In this document: piece by piece, positions 8,748-18,020 of the stretch
Numbering within the stretch: the stretch's first letter is position 1
How the letters are laid out: each line of letters starts with the position of its first letter
NCBI GenBank assembly: GCA_964244615.1
Contig: CAXTJP010000001.1
Coordinates: 27,488-91,487, forward strand
DNA length: 64,000 bases
Reading direction: 5' to 3'
Source of the DNA: an uncultured Acetobacteraceae bacterium
GTDB taxonomy: Bacteria > Pseudomonadota > Alphaproteobacteria > Acetobacterales > Acetobacteraceae
The notes under the pieces: model-generated
What the model was told of the DNA's origin: nothing
Databases searched by the model: none
The model's input: only the letters and a program-made list of their open reading frames with translations
Made by a program: the position numbers and the translations under genes

Positions 8748-11006
8748 TCAGACCGGACCGGCGATCGCGACGTGATAGTCGCGGTAGCTGCGTGTGTAGA
8801 AGCCGTCCTCCCCCACCATGCGGGCGTAGCGGCGCAGATCGACACGGCCCAGCACGATGCCGGTGACCTGCACCTGCGCGCGGCGCAACGCCCGCACGGC
8901 GGCGACGACCGCGTTTCGGGGCGTGGCCGGCCAGCTGGCCATCAGCACGACCTGGTCGGCGAAGTGGCCGAGCTTGATGGCGTCGGCCACCGCCAGCACC
9001 GGCGGGGTATCGAGGACGATCAGGTCGTAGTTCTCCCGCAGATGCGTCAGCAGCGTCGTCAGGGCGGGCCAGCCCAGCAGGCCTTGCGGGCTGCCGATGA
9101 AATCGGCCAGGCAGATGTGGCGCAGGCCCGACCGCGCGTCGACGCCCGCCGAGAGCGCGATGTCCTCCACGCTCATCGCAAGGCCGCCCTCCGTGACGGT
9201 CGCCCTTGAGGGCGCCGTGGCGCGCGGGATCGCGGGATCGATCAAGGTGCGGATCGACGGGCGGCGCACGTCGCAGTCCAGGACTATGCCGGAGAACCCG
9301 GATCGCATGGCCGAGCGTCCAAGCGCCACCGACAGGCTGGACTTGCCCTCCCGCGGCAGGGCCGAGGTTATCAGCACCACCTTCCCGACCCCCGACCGCG
9401 CGGTGCGGTCGCCCAGCAGGGTGGCCAGGGTGCCTTGCACGGCCTCCGCCTCGACACTGAGCGGGTGGTCCACGATCACGTCCTGCGGCGACACGCGCCG
9501 TGTCATCGGGTGGAGGCCGATGACCGGCAGACCGATCTCGTCTTCGACCTGGCTGGCGTCGCGAAAGCCGCGCGAGCCCATGTGCAGGGCGAAGGCCAGT
9601 CCGGTGGCCAAGCCCAGGGATCCCAGGAAGGCGCCGGCCACCATCAGCCGTGTCTTCGGGAAAGCCGGGAAGTCCGGCGGCACGGCCTCGACGGCGATGG
9701 CCACCGCAGGCGGTTGCAGGCGGCGTTCGGCGGCCACCTGCTTCTGTCGCAGGAACAGGTTTTCGTACAGCGTGCGGTCGGACTGCGCCTCGTTCTCCAA
9801 CTCGGCCAGGCTGACGGTGTTGCTGCTCTGTGTGGCGACGCCCGATTGCAGGACGGCCACGTCCGCCGCGATGGCGGCCCGGCGCGCTTCCAGGGCCGAG
9901 ACCTCCCCCGCCACGCTGGAGACCAACTTCAACGCCTCCGCGCGCGTCTGCTGCGCGTTGCGCGCCAGGGCCGCCTCGGCCGCCGCGACGCCCGGAAAGG
10001 CGCTGCCGTAGTTGGCGCGCAGCTCGGCGACGTTGGCGGCCAGTTCGCCGTGCCGCACCAGCAATTGCTGGATCACGGTGGAACTCAGCGCCGGCGCCAT
10101 CGCCTCCAGCCGGCCGGACGCGACGGCCGCGCGCACCAGTTGCAAGGTGCTGCGTCGCTCCGCCAGCAGGGCAGTGACCGAGCTCAGATCCTGGCTGCGC
10201 TGTTCCAGCTGCGCCTCGGCCACCGTGCTCGGGCCGCCGCCCATCTCGTGCGTGCGAAGCCCGACCAGGCCGTGCGACTGCCGGTAATGTTCGATGCCTG
10301 CGTCGGCCGCCAGCATCCGCGCGCGAATATCCGCGACGTCACGCCCGAGCCCCGCTTCGGCCTCCTCGCTCACGCCGCTGCGGAACGCATGTTCGCGGGC
10401 GACGAAGGCGGCGGCGAAGCCGTTGGCCAGCCGTGCCGCCAGATCCGCAGACGCGGCGCTCGCCTGGACCTGTATGATGAACGACGATCGGTCCGTGCCG
10501 ACGGTGATGTCCCGCTGCAGCGCCTTGCCGGCGATCTCGGGCGAGGCGGCGCAGGCAGGGGCGGCCGGGGCCGCGCCGCCCAGCCTGCCCAGCAGTGCTG
10601 CCAGGAACGGCTTGGGACATTTCTGGAAGGCGGGCAAGCCGACCAGGTTCATCGCCACCGCGGCGTCGCGGGCGAGCACCGGCGAGCCAAGTGCCGCGAG
10701 GTAGGTACGAACCACCTCGAGGGACGGCGCCTCGACAGGCAGGAAGGTCGTGTTCACGTCGGCCACCCGCGGCTGCGGCACGTCGATGCGCAGGTCGGCC
10801 TCTGCGGTGTAGATCGGCGTCATCAGCCTGGTTGCGGCCAGCATCAGGGCCGCGGCGGTGCCCGCCAGGATCAGGAGCATCCATTTGCGCTGCCAGGCGA
10901 TCTGCAAAGGGCTGAGATCGCCGCCCCTTGCCGGCTCGCGGAGCATGGCGGGCCTGGTCTGGCCGTCAGCCAGCGTATCGGGATCGATCGTGGTGGCCAG
11001 CGTCAT
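8748..11006 (-). CDS. wzc: Wzc/GumC-type polysaccharide co-polymerase with tyrosine kinase domain
   Basis: Two TM segments flank a coiled-coil periplasmic region; Walker A-like ALPREGKS, LDCDVRRP and Walker B VLDTPP; C-terminal Tyr cluster FYTRSYRDY; GAGGA RBS before ATG 11006. Confidence 0.88.
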   Translation of the reverse strand: MTLATTIDPDTLADGQTRPAMLREPARGGDLSPLQIAWQRKWMLLILAGTAAALMLAATRLMTPIYTAEADLRIDVPQPRVADVNTTFLPVEAPSLEVVRTYLAALGSPVLARDAAVAMNLVGLPAFQKCPKPFLAALLGRLGGAAPAAPACAASPEIAGKALQRDITVGTDRSSFIIQVQASAASADLAARLANGFAAAFVAREHAFRSGVSEEAEAGLGRDVADIRARMLAADAGIEHYRQSHGLVGLRTHEMGGGPSTVAEAQLEQRSQDLSSVTALLAERRSTLQLVRAAVASGRLEAMAPALSSTVIQQLLVRHGELAANVAELRANYGSAFPGVAAAEAALARNAQQTRAEALKLVSSVAGEVSALEARRAAIAADVAVLQSGVATQSSNTVSLAELENEAQSDRTLYENLFLRQKQVAAERRLQPPAVAIAVEAVPPDFPAFPKTRLMVAGAFLGSLGLATGLAFALHMGSRGFRDASQVEDEIGLPVIGLHPMTRRVSPQDVIVDHPLSVEAEAVQGTLATLLGDRTARSGVGKVVLITSALPREGKSSLSVALGRSAMRSGFSGIVLDCDVRRPSIRTLIDPAIPRATAPSRATVTEGGLAMSVEDIALSAGVDARSGLRHICLADFIGSPQGLLGWPALTTLLTHLRENYDLIVLDTPPVLAVADAIKLGHFADQVVLMASWPATPRNAVVAAVRALRRAQVQVTGIVLGRVDLRRYARMVGEDGFYTRSYRDYHVAIAGPV

Positions 11007-11016
11007 GGTGCGTTCC

Positions 11017-12198
11017 TCAGAGTGCCGGCGCATAGACGGCTTGCGCGATGCCGGGGTGCGGGGCTGCGACCGTTTTTTTCAGCTCGAACACGGACATCGC
11101 GTCCATGACGAAATCCTTGAACTCCATTTCGAACCGCGCCTCGGAGAAGCGTCGCGCATTGTCGTGGCAGGCCTGCGCCGTGAAATCGGCTTGTCGGCGC
11201 AGGAAGATGCGGATCGCCCCGGCGACCGCGTCGGGCGTGGCGGTGTCGAAGAACAGGCCGGTCGGCGACGGCCCGTTCGCCACCACCGTCTCGCGCACCC
11301 CGCCGCGGCCCAGGGCGATGACCGGGGTTCCGGCCGCCTGCGCTTCCACCGCAATGATGCCGAAATCCTCCTCTGCGGCGAACACGAAAGCCCGCGCCCG
11401 CTGCATCAGGTCGCGCAGGCGCGCATCCTCCACGAAACCGAGCAGTTCCACGTTCGGACCGGCCAGCTTGCGCAACCGCGGCAGTTCGGGGCCGTCACCC
11501 ACCACCACCAATCGCCGGTCGGGCAGGTCGCGGAACGCCTCGACGATGACGCGCGCGTTCTTGTAGGGAACGAGGCGCGAGGCCGTCAGGAAGAAATCTT
11601 CCCTGGCCACGTTCGGCAGGCACGGCGGCACCCGAACCGGCGGGTGGATCACGGCGGCGGCGCGCCCGTAGAGTTTCTGCACGCGACGGCCGACAAAATG
11701 GGAGTTGACGACGTAACGGTCGACACCGGCCGCCGTGCGGACGTCCCAGATACGCATGAAGTGCAGGATCGCCCGGGTGACCCAGCTGCCCACGCCGCGA
11801 CTCAACCGGCTTTCCTCCAGGTATTGCGCCTGGAGATCCCAGGCGTAGCGCATCGGCGAGTGCACGTAGCTGACGTGCAGCTGGTCCGGGCCGGTCAATA
11901 CGCCCTTGGCGACGGCATAGCTGCTGGAGATGACCAGGTCGTAGCCGCGCAGGTCGAACTGTTCGACGGCCAGGGGCATCAGCGGCAACCACATGCGGTG
12001 ATTGCGCCTGACGAGCGGGAATTTCTGCAGGAACGAGGTGTGGCTGTCGACGTAGCCGAGCTTGCGGCGGTCGTCCGGACCCAGCATGTCGAACAGCGAG
12101 AACAGCGTCGCGTCTGGAAAACAACGCAGGATGGACCGCAGCACGCGCTCGGCACCGCCGATCGTGTAAAGCCAGTCATGGACCACAGCAACGCGCAT
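11017..12198 (-). CDS. Glycosyltransferase family 4 (WbaZ-like)
   Basis: Motifs VVHDWLYTIGGAERVL, YVHSPMRYAWD, SRLVPYK and EDFGIIAVEAQAAGTPVIA. Confidence 0.92.
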   Translation of the reverse strand: MRVAVVHDWLYTIGGAERVLRSILRCFPDATLFSLFDMLGPDDRRKLGYVDSHTSFLQKFPLVRRNHRMWLPLMPLAVEQFDLRGYDLVISSSYAVAKGVLTGPDQLHVSYVHSPMRYAWDLQAQYLEESRLSRGVGSWVTRAILHFMRIWDVRTAAGVDRYVVNSHFVGRRVQKLYGRAAAVIHPPVRVPPCLPNVAREDFFLTASRLVPYKNARVIVEAFRDLPDRRLVVVGDGPELPRLRKLAGPNVELLGFVEDARLRDLMQRARAFVFAAEEDFGIIAVEAQAAGTPVIALGRGGVRETVVANGPSPTGLFFDTATPDAVAGAIRIFLRRQADFTAQACHDNARRFSEARFEMEFKDFVMDAMSVFELKKTVAAPHPGIAQAVYAPAL

Positions 12199-12382
12199 GT
12201 CCGCAGCTTCCTAGGCTAAATTGGCGTGTGTCAGAAACACATCCTGTCGCTCCCGGCACAAGGCAATCCGGGATTTAAAGATAGGCTCTGGCAAATACAG
12301 TTTTGTTTGTTATGAGTAATGGTCTGCGGGCATGTCCGGCGGAACGGACAGCCCGGCGCAGGACAGGGTGAAAGAACTCCGC

Positions 12383-12610
12383 CTACGAAGACTTGTCCTT
12401 GAGAAACAGGTCGAGCGCCGCCACCAAGATTTCCTGGTTGCTCTTGCGGGTTTTCAGGCCATAGATCTTGATCTGTTCATAGCGCGTCATGTCGAGCTTG
12501 ACAGTAACGGCCATCGGCTTCGGTCGCACTTCGCTTGCGTCCCACTCCAGGCTCCCGAAGGGACCGGCGTCGGGGTTGGCATCGAGCGACTCAGATGTCT
12601 GGCTTTTCAT
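12383..12610 (-). CDS. Small putative ribbon-helix-helix (CopG/ParG-like) DNA-binding protein
   Basis: 75 aa from ATG 12610; disordered N-terminus, then an alternating beta-strand MAVTVKLD and two helices MTRYEQIKIYGLKT / SNQEILVAALDLFL. Confidence 0.6.
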   Translation of the reverse strand: MKSQTSESLDANPDAGPFGSLEWDASEVRPKPMAVTVKLDMTRYEQIKIYGLKTRKSNQEILVAALDLFLKDKSS

Positions 12611-12672
12611 GGCTCTCGTTCGAAACCTGTTCCCGAGAGCTATTAGCACTTGCAGCAAACGTCAATAAAAAT

Positions 12673-12702
12673 CGTTAACGGACCCGTAACAACTAGTAGT
12701 TG
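12673..12702. promoter_or_regulatory. Adjacent palindromes CGTTAACG and CAACTA-G-TAGTTG in the divergent EPS promoter region
   Basis: Perfect dyads at 12673-12680 and 12690-12702 in an AT-rich intergenic stretch; the function is inferred. Confidence 0.35.
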
Positions 12703-12849
12703 CAGCGCGTCGCGTCGTCCTCGCGAGATGAACAACCTCGGGATCGCCAAGCAGCCGGCGTGTATCCGTCAGTTACCGGACGGCGTTTTCTACGCATTTG
12801 CGTAGGTGCGTAGTTGCTAATAGGGAAGGGTTCTGCCCTGACCACTTCG

Positions 12850-12871
12850 ACCGGGCGTTTACCGGGCGTTT
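12850..12871. repeat. Tandem 11-bp direct repeat ACCGGGCGTTT x2
   Basis: Exact copies at 12850-12860 and 12861-12871, about 100 bp upstream of the priming glycosyltransferase. Confidence 0.6.
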
Positions 12872-12969
12872 ATAGTTTGACAGCTTCAGTCATAACGCCT
12901 ACTTTCCTTACGGCAGGGGATCGACGCCGTTACAGCGCGTCCTTTGTTTATGAAATAAAGGGCGTGGTG

Positions 12970-14457
12970 ATGTCCCATTCATCGTCTTGCCTGGCACCCC
13001 CCGGTCTCGACGGGTTCGTCTCGACAAGCCCAACCTACAGAGAGGCGGCACGTCGTTGCTCACCGGCCCGGTTCGGCGCGCTCGTCGTGGCAGCCGACCC
13101 CGGCCTGATGATCCTTTCGGCCTTGCTGTCCATGCTGGCACTGCACATGATTTCCGGTGGCGCATGGCACGTCGGCGACATCGCTCTCGGTCCGGTCCCG
13201 GCGCTGATCACGCTTGCCGTCCTGGGTCGCCCCGACACCGGTGCGCTCGCCGAACTGCGCCGCACCATCCGCGTGCACAGCTCGGCACAGCTCGCCATAC
13301 CGGCAGGCGGGGCCGGGCTCGTCCTGGCCGCCATCGCGACCCATCACACCGCCGAAGACGCGATGCTCGGCGCCGCGGTGTGGCTGTTCAGTTCCACGGC
13401 CCTTCTCCTGTTCCGTTCCGTTGCAGCAAGGTTTTTCGCCGATCGCTGGTCGCGCAACGACTATCTCAGATTGTGCGTGGCGCTCGTCGGCACGCCCGAG
13501 GAGACAAGGATGCTTGCCGTCCAGCTGCCCGGCGCCGGTGCCGTGCCGCCGGTCAGCATCGTCGGCTGCTACGACGACACCGTCGTCAACCGCATCCAGC
13601 CACTCGGTGCGTCAGCCTGGCCGGGCGGGCTCGGCGCCCTGTTGAGCCTCGACCACGGCAGCGTGCCCGATGCCGTCCTGATCGGCGTGCCGGGCAGCGA
13701 CGCCGATCGCCTCTCACGGGCGCTGTCCGCGTTGGGCGGGCTCGCGACCACTCTCTGCGTGGCGGCACCCGCCGACGCCGCCGGCTACGGCCGAGCGCGC
13801 CTGGGCGACCTCGCACTCGGTGTCGTAGCGCGGCCGCTTTCCGGCTGGCAGACGACCCAGAAGGACATCTTCGACCGCGTCGGCGCGTTCCTGCTCCTGA
13901 TGCTGGCGCTGCCGTTCATGGCGGCGATTGCCGTGGCGATCCGTTGCGAAACGGCCGGTCCTGTCCTGTTCCGGCAGCAGCGGACCGGCCTCGGCAATCG
14001 ACCGTTCACCTGCCTGAAGTTCCGCACCATGCATCATCGCCCGCCTCTGGAGGGCCAGGCCGCCGCGTTCCAGCAGACCGTGCGCGGCGACCATCGCGTG
14101 ACGCGGGTCGGCGGATGGCTGCGCCGGACCAGCCTCGACGAGTGTCCGCAACTGCTGAACGTCCTGCGTGGCGACATGTCGCTGGTGGGCCCCCGGCCGC
14201 ACGCGCCGAACACCACGGCCGACGGGCGGTTGTTCCAGGACATCGTGACCGATTACGCCAGCCGTCATCGCGTCCGGCCGGGCATCACCGGTTGGGCGCA
14301 GGTCAACGGTTATCGTGGCGAAACCCCCGACGCCGCTTCGGTCGTCCAGCGCGTGCAGCACGACCTGTTCTACGTCGCGAACTGGTCGATGCTGCTCGAC
14401 CTGCGGATCCTGATGCGAACCGCACTCTGCGTCCTGCACGATCCGCAGGCCTTTTGA
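12970..14457 (+). CDS. Undecaprenyl-phosphate sugar-1-phosphate transferase (priming GT, WcaJ/GumD-like)
   Basis: N-terminal TM segments; C-terminal bacterial sugar transferase domain [55 protein letters not shown] and DLFYV. Confidence 0.92.
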   Translation: MSHSSSCLAPPGLDGFVSTSPTYREAARRCSPARFGALVVAADPGLMILSALLSMLALHMISGGAWHVGDIALGPVPALITLAVLGRPDTGALAELRRTIRVHSSAQLAIPAGGAGLVLAAIATHHTAEDAMLGAAVWLFSSTALLLFRSVAARFFADRWSRNDYLRLCVALVGTPEETRMLAVQLPGAGAVPPVSIVGCYDDTVVNRIQPLGASAWPGGLGALLSLDHGSVPDAVLIGVPGSDADRLSRALSALGGLATTLCVAAPADAAGYGRARLGDLALGVVARPLSGWQTTQKDIFDRVGAFLLLMLALPFMAAIAVAIRCETAGPVLFRQQRTGLGNRPFTCLKFRTMHHRPPLEGQAAAFQQTVRGDHRVTRVGGWLRRTSLDECPQLLNVLRGDMSLVGPRPHAPNTTADGRLFQDIVTDYASRHRVRPGITGWAQVNGYRGETPDAASVVQRVQHDLFYVANWSMLLDLRILMRTALCVLHDPQAF

Positions 14458-14491
14458 ACGCGAAGACCCTTTCGAAGACAGGCAGGATTTC

Positions 14492-15754
14492 ATGAAGACC
14501 GACGTGATCATTATCGGAGCAGGGCCTTTCGGGTTGTCGCTGGCGGCGATGCTGCGGGAACGCGGCGTGAACCACCGCATCTTCGGAACGCCGATGCATA
14601 CCTGGCGCACGGCCATGCCCGCGGGGATGAACCTGAAATCGGAAGGCTTTGCCTCCGACCTCTACGGAGGCGGCGCCGGGCTGACCTTGCAAACCTATTG
14701 CGCCGCGCGCGGCATTCCATACCGGGCCGCCGGACTGCCGGTGAAGCTGGACGTCTTCACAGCCTATGGCGAAGCCTTCCAGCGCGGCCTCGTGCCGCAG
14801 CTCGAGAAACGCCAGGTGGTGGGCGTGCAACGCGCGCCGGGCGGCTACGCCGTCGAGATCGAGGGCGGCGAGCAATGCCGGGCCACCCGCGTCGTGGTGG
14901 CGGCCGGCATCACCCATTTCGCGCATCTCCCCGAGACGCTGCGCAGCCTGCCGCCCTCCCTCTGCGGCCATGCCTCGCGCTTTCCGGACCCGGCGCGCTT
15001 TGCCGGCCGGCGGCTGGCGGTGGTCGGTGCGGGTGCGTCGGCCACCGATTACGCGGCCCTTGCCGCAGAAGCGGGGGCGCAGGTCAGCATGATCGCGCGC
15101 GCGCCACGCGTGAACTTCTTGCAGCCGCCCTCCGGCCGGCCGAGGAGCCTGGCGGAGAGCCTGGCGGCGCCGCAATCGGGTCTGGGACCGGGGTGGCGTT
15201 CACGCATGGCCACGGACGCGCCGCTGGTGTTCCACCGCATGCCGGAGGCCTTTCGTCTGCTGGTGAACAAGCGCCATCTCGGCCCCGCCGGCGGCTGGTG
15301 GACCAGGGAGAGCATCGAGCAACGGGTCGACCTGCGGTCCGGCACCAGCGTGGTGGCAGCCCATCGGGCCGGCGAGAGCGTGGCGCTGGATCTGCTGCAC
15401 GCATCGGGGCAAACCAGCCGCCATGTCGTGGACCACGTCGTTGCGGCCACCGGCTACCGTCCGGACCTGCAGCGCCTGACGTTTCTCTCGCCCGAGCTGC
15501 GATGCCTGCGAACCGTGGCCGGCGCCCCGGCGCTGTCGTCCCAATTCGAATCATCGTCGCCCGGACTGCATTTCATCGGCCTGGCCTCGGTGCATGATTT
15601 CGGTCCGCTCGTGCGGTTTGCCTTCGGCGCCGATTTCTCGGCGAGCCGACTGTCGCGCTTCCTGGCCCGGCAGAGCCGTACCAGCGTGGCCGGCTACCGG
15701 GCGCCGTCCACCGTCGCCATCCCGGCCGACGCCATGGCCGGCGACCTCGCATGA
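14492..15754 (+). CDS. FAD/NAD(P)-dependent oxidoreductase (flavin monooxygenase-like)
   Basis: Two Rossmann motifs, IIGAGPFG and VVGAGASA, plus AATGY; AGGA RBS. Confidence 0.85.
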   Translation: MKTDVIIIGAGPFGLSLAAMLRERGVNHRIFGTPMHTWRTAMPAGMNLKSEGFASDLYGGGAGLTLQTYCAARGIPYRAAGLPVKLDVFTAYGEAFQRGLVPQLEKRQVVGVQRAPGGYAVEIEGGEQCRATRVVVAAGITHFAHLPETLRSLPPSLCGHASRFPDPARFAGRRLAVVGAGASATDYAALAAEAGAQVSMIARAPRVNFLQPPSGRPRSLAESLAAPQSGLGPGWRSRMATDAPLVFHRMPEAFRLLVNKRHLGPAGGWWTRESIEQRVDLRSGTSVVAAHRAGESVALDLLHASGQTSRHVVDHVVAATGYRPDLQRLTFLSPELRCLRTVAGAPALSSQFESSSPGLHFIGLASVHDFGPLVRFAFGADFSASRLSRFLARQSRTSVAGYRAPSTVAIPADAMAGDLA

Positions 15755-17067
15755 GGGCGGAGACGATCGTCCTGCACGAAGGCTGGAGCGGCGATCCCGA
15801 AACCCACGCCTGCGCGGTGCCGATCTACCAGACCGCCGCCTTCACCTTCGACAGCGCCGACCACGGCGCGGCGCTGTTCAACCTCGACGTTCCGGGCAAC
15901 ATCTATACCCGGATCGGCAATCCGACTTCCGCGGTGCTCGAGGCGCGCCTGACGGCCCTCGAGGGCGGCGTGGGGGCGTTGACGACAAGTTCCGGCGCGG
16001 CGGCGATCCACTACGCGCTGGACTGCCTCGTGCAGTCCGGCGACAACATCGTCTCCCTGCCGGAACTCTACGGCGCCACTTACACCCTGCTGGCCCATGT
16101 GATGCGCGCGCGCGGGGTGCAGGTGCGCTTCGCCGATTCCGACCGGGCGAATGACGTGGCCAGGCTGATCGACGAGCGGACACGCTGCGTCTACTGCGAA
16201 AGCGTCGGCAACCCGGCCGGCACCATCGCCGACCTCGCGACCCTGGCACGCGTGGCCCATGCCGGCGGCGTTCCGCTGATCGTGGACAACACGGTCGCCA
16301 CCCCCATCCTGTTGCGCCCCATCGAGTTCGGCGCCGACGTGGTGGTGCATTCGCTGACCAAGTTCATCGGCGGCCACGGGACGTCGCTCGGCGGCGCCAT
16401 CGTGGATGCCGGCAACTTCGACTGGGCGAGCCAGGGCGATCGCTTCGCGATGCTGGTCCAGCCAGAGCCCGCCTACCACAACGTGGTCTATACCGAGCAA
16501 TTCGGCCGCGCGGCTTTCGTCGCGCGCTGCCGTACCGTGGGGCAGCGCAACACGGGGGCGACGCTGTCGCCGTTCAACGCCTTTCTCATCCTGCAGGGTC
16601 TGGAGACGTTGCCGTTGCGGATCGAGCGGCATGTGAGCAACGCGCGGGCGGTTGCGGTTTTCCTGCGCGGGCACCGGCATGTCGCGTGGGTGAACTACGC
16701 GGGCTTCGCCGATTCGGTGCACAACGAGCGGCTTGTGGCGTATCTCGGCGGCCAGGCGCCGGCGCTGCTGACCTTCGGCGTGATCGGTGGTTGGGAGGCC
16801 GGCAAGCGCTTCCTCGATTCGCTGCGCATGTTCAAGCGGCTGGTGAACATGGGCGACGCGAAGTCGCTGGCCACGCATCCTGCGTCGACCACACACCGGC
16901 AGCTGTCGGGGCAGGAACTCGCACGGGCCGGGGTGGCGCCGGAGATGATCCGGCTGGCCATCGGACTCGAACACATCGATGACATCCTGGCGGATCTCGA
17001 CCAGGCGCTGCGGCACTCGGCCGCGACGCCGGCCGTGCAACTGCTCGAAGACGCGTTCGCACAGTGA
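15751..17067 (+). CDS. metY: O-acylhomoserine aminocarboxypropyltransferase (sulfhydrylase), MetY family
   Basis: Motifs [27 protein letters not shown] lysine [18 protein letters not shown] and IRLAIGLEH; ATGA overlap with the upstream gene. Confidence 0.88.
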   Translation: MRAETIVLHEGWSGDPETHACAVPIYQTAAFTFDSADHGAALFNLDVPGNIYTRIGNPTSAVLEARLTALEGGVGALTTSSGAAAIHYALDCLVQSGDNIVSLPELYGATYTLLAHVMRARGVQVRFADSDRANDVARLIDERTRCVYCESVGNPAGTIADLATLARVAHAGGVPLIVDNTVATPILLRPIEFGADVVVHSLTKFIGGHGTSLGGAIVDAGNFDWASQGDRFAMLVQPEPAYHNVVYTEQFGRAAFVARCRTVGQRNTGATLSPFNAFLILQGLETLPLRIERHVSNARAVAVFLRGHRHVAWVNYAGFADSVHNERLVAYLGGQAPALLTFGVIGGWEAGKRFLDSLRMFKRLVNMGDAKSLATHPASTTHRQLSGQELARAGVAPEMIRLAIGLEHIDDILADLDQALRHSAATPAVQLLEDAFAQ

Positions 17068-18020
17068 ACGTGCTCGCGCCCATCAGGCTGTGGCCACGTC
17101 ACGACATCGAGGCCGGGCATGACCGGCCGCTGGTCATAGGATTGCTGAACAACGCGTCCGAGGCGGCGTTCCGCACGACCGAGCGCCAGTTCGCACGGCT
17201 GTTGAACAACGCGTCGCCGGGGCCGGCCGTCATCCTGCGCAGCTATGCCCTGCCGGAAATCCATCCCGACCCGATCGCCTGCCTGCGCCACAGCCACTCC
17301 CACCTCTCGATGGACATGCTGCGCTGCGTGCCGCCCGACGGTCTCATCGTCAGCGGCGCAGAACCCGGCTCCGCCAGCCTGAAGGACGAGCCTTACTGGC
17401 GATCGCTGGTGGCGGTGCTGGACTGGGCACGCGCCGCGCGCTTGCCGACGATACTGTCCTGCCTGGCCGCCCATGCCGCCGTGTTGCACGCATCAGGCAT
17501 CGAGCGGCGCCGGCTGGTGCGCAAATGCACCGGCATCTACCCGATCAGCGCGGCGGCAAACCACTGGCTGTTGCCCAAATTGGGGCCGAACCCCTGCATG
17601 CCGCACTCGCGCTGGCACGAGCTCGACGAGAGAGCCCTCGTCCAAGCCGGCTACGTGGTTCTCACGCGTTCGGCGCAGGCGGGGGTGGACATGTTCGCGT
17701 CACCCGACGAGGACGCCTGGCTTTTTTTCAACGGGCACCCCGAATACGACGAGGACACGCTGATGAAGCAGTATCGGCGCGACATCGGGCAGTTCCTGCG
17801 GGGCGAGCGCGCGGACTATCCGGACCTGCCGTGCCAGGACATGGCGCCGGCGACGGCTCGCCGTCTTGCCATGGTGCGTCGGCTGGCGCTGGCCGGCCTG
17901 CCGACACGGGCCATCGAGGCTTTCCCGGCGACGGAGCAGGCGGGAACGCCCGCCTGGCGGCAGATGGCGGCCGGCGTCGTCGGCAACTGGCTGATGAGGG
18001 TTCGTGACCGTGTGGCCTGA
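17064..18020 (+). CDS. metA: Homoserine O-succinyl/acetyltransferase family protein (MetA-like, divergent)
   Basis: Motifs TERQFARLL, DGLIVSGAEPG, nucleophile Cys in LSCLAAHAA, PHSRW and catalytic HPEY; GTGA overlap with metY. Confidence 0.8.
   Translation: MNVLAPIRLWPRHDIEAGHDRPLVIGLLNNASEAAFRTTERQFARLLNNASPGPAVILRSYALPEIHPDPIACLRHSHSHLSMDMLRCVPPDGLIVSGAEPGSASLKDEPYWRSLVAVLDWARAARLPTILSCLAAHAAVLHASGIERRRLVRKCTGIYPISAAANHWLLPKLGPNPCMPHSRWHELDERALVQAGYVVLTRSAQAGVDMFASPDEDAWLFFNGHPEYDEDTLMKQYRRDIGQFLRGERADYPDLPCQDMAPATARRLAMVRRLALAGLPTRAIEAFPATEQAGTPAWRQMAAGVVGNWLMRVRDRVA

Noticed and set aside
8657-8845. 62-aa ORF whose stop overlaps the flippase start
   Set aside because: It mostly overlaps the wzc 3' end in another frame and has no recognisable features
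12675-12690. CtrA-like box TTAA-N7-GTAAC
   Set aside because: It has one mismatch to TTAA-N7-TTAAC, overlaps other palindromes, and I cannot tell whether this organism has CtrA; kept only as part of the generic dyad cluster
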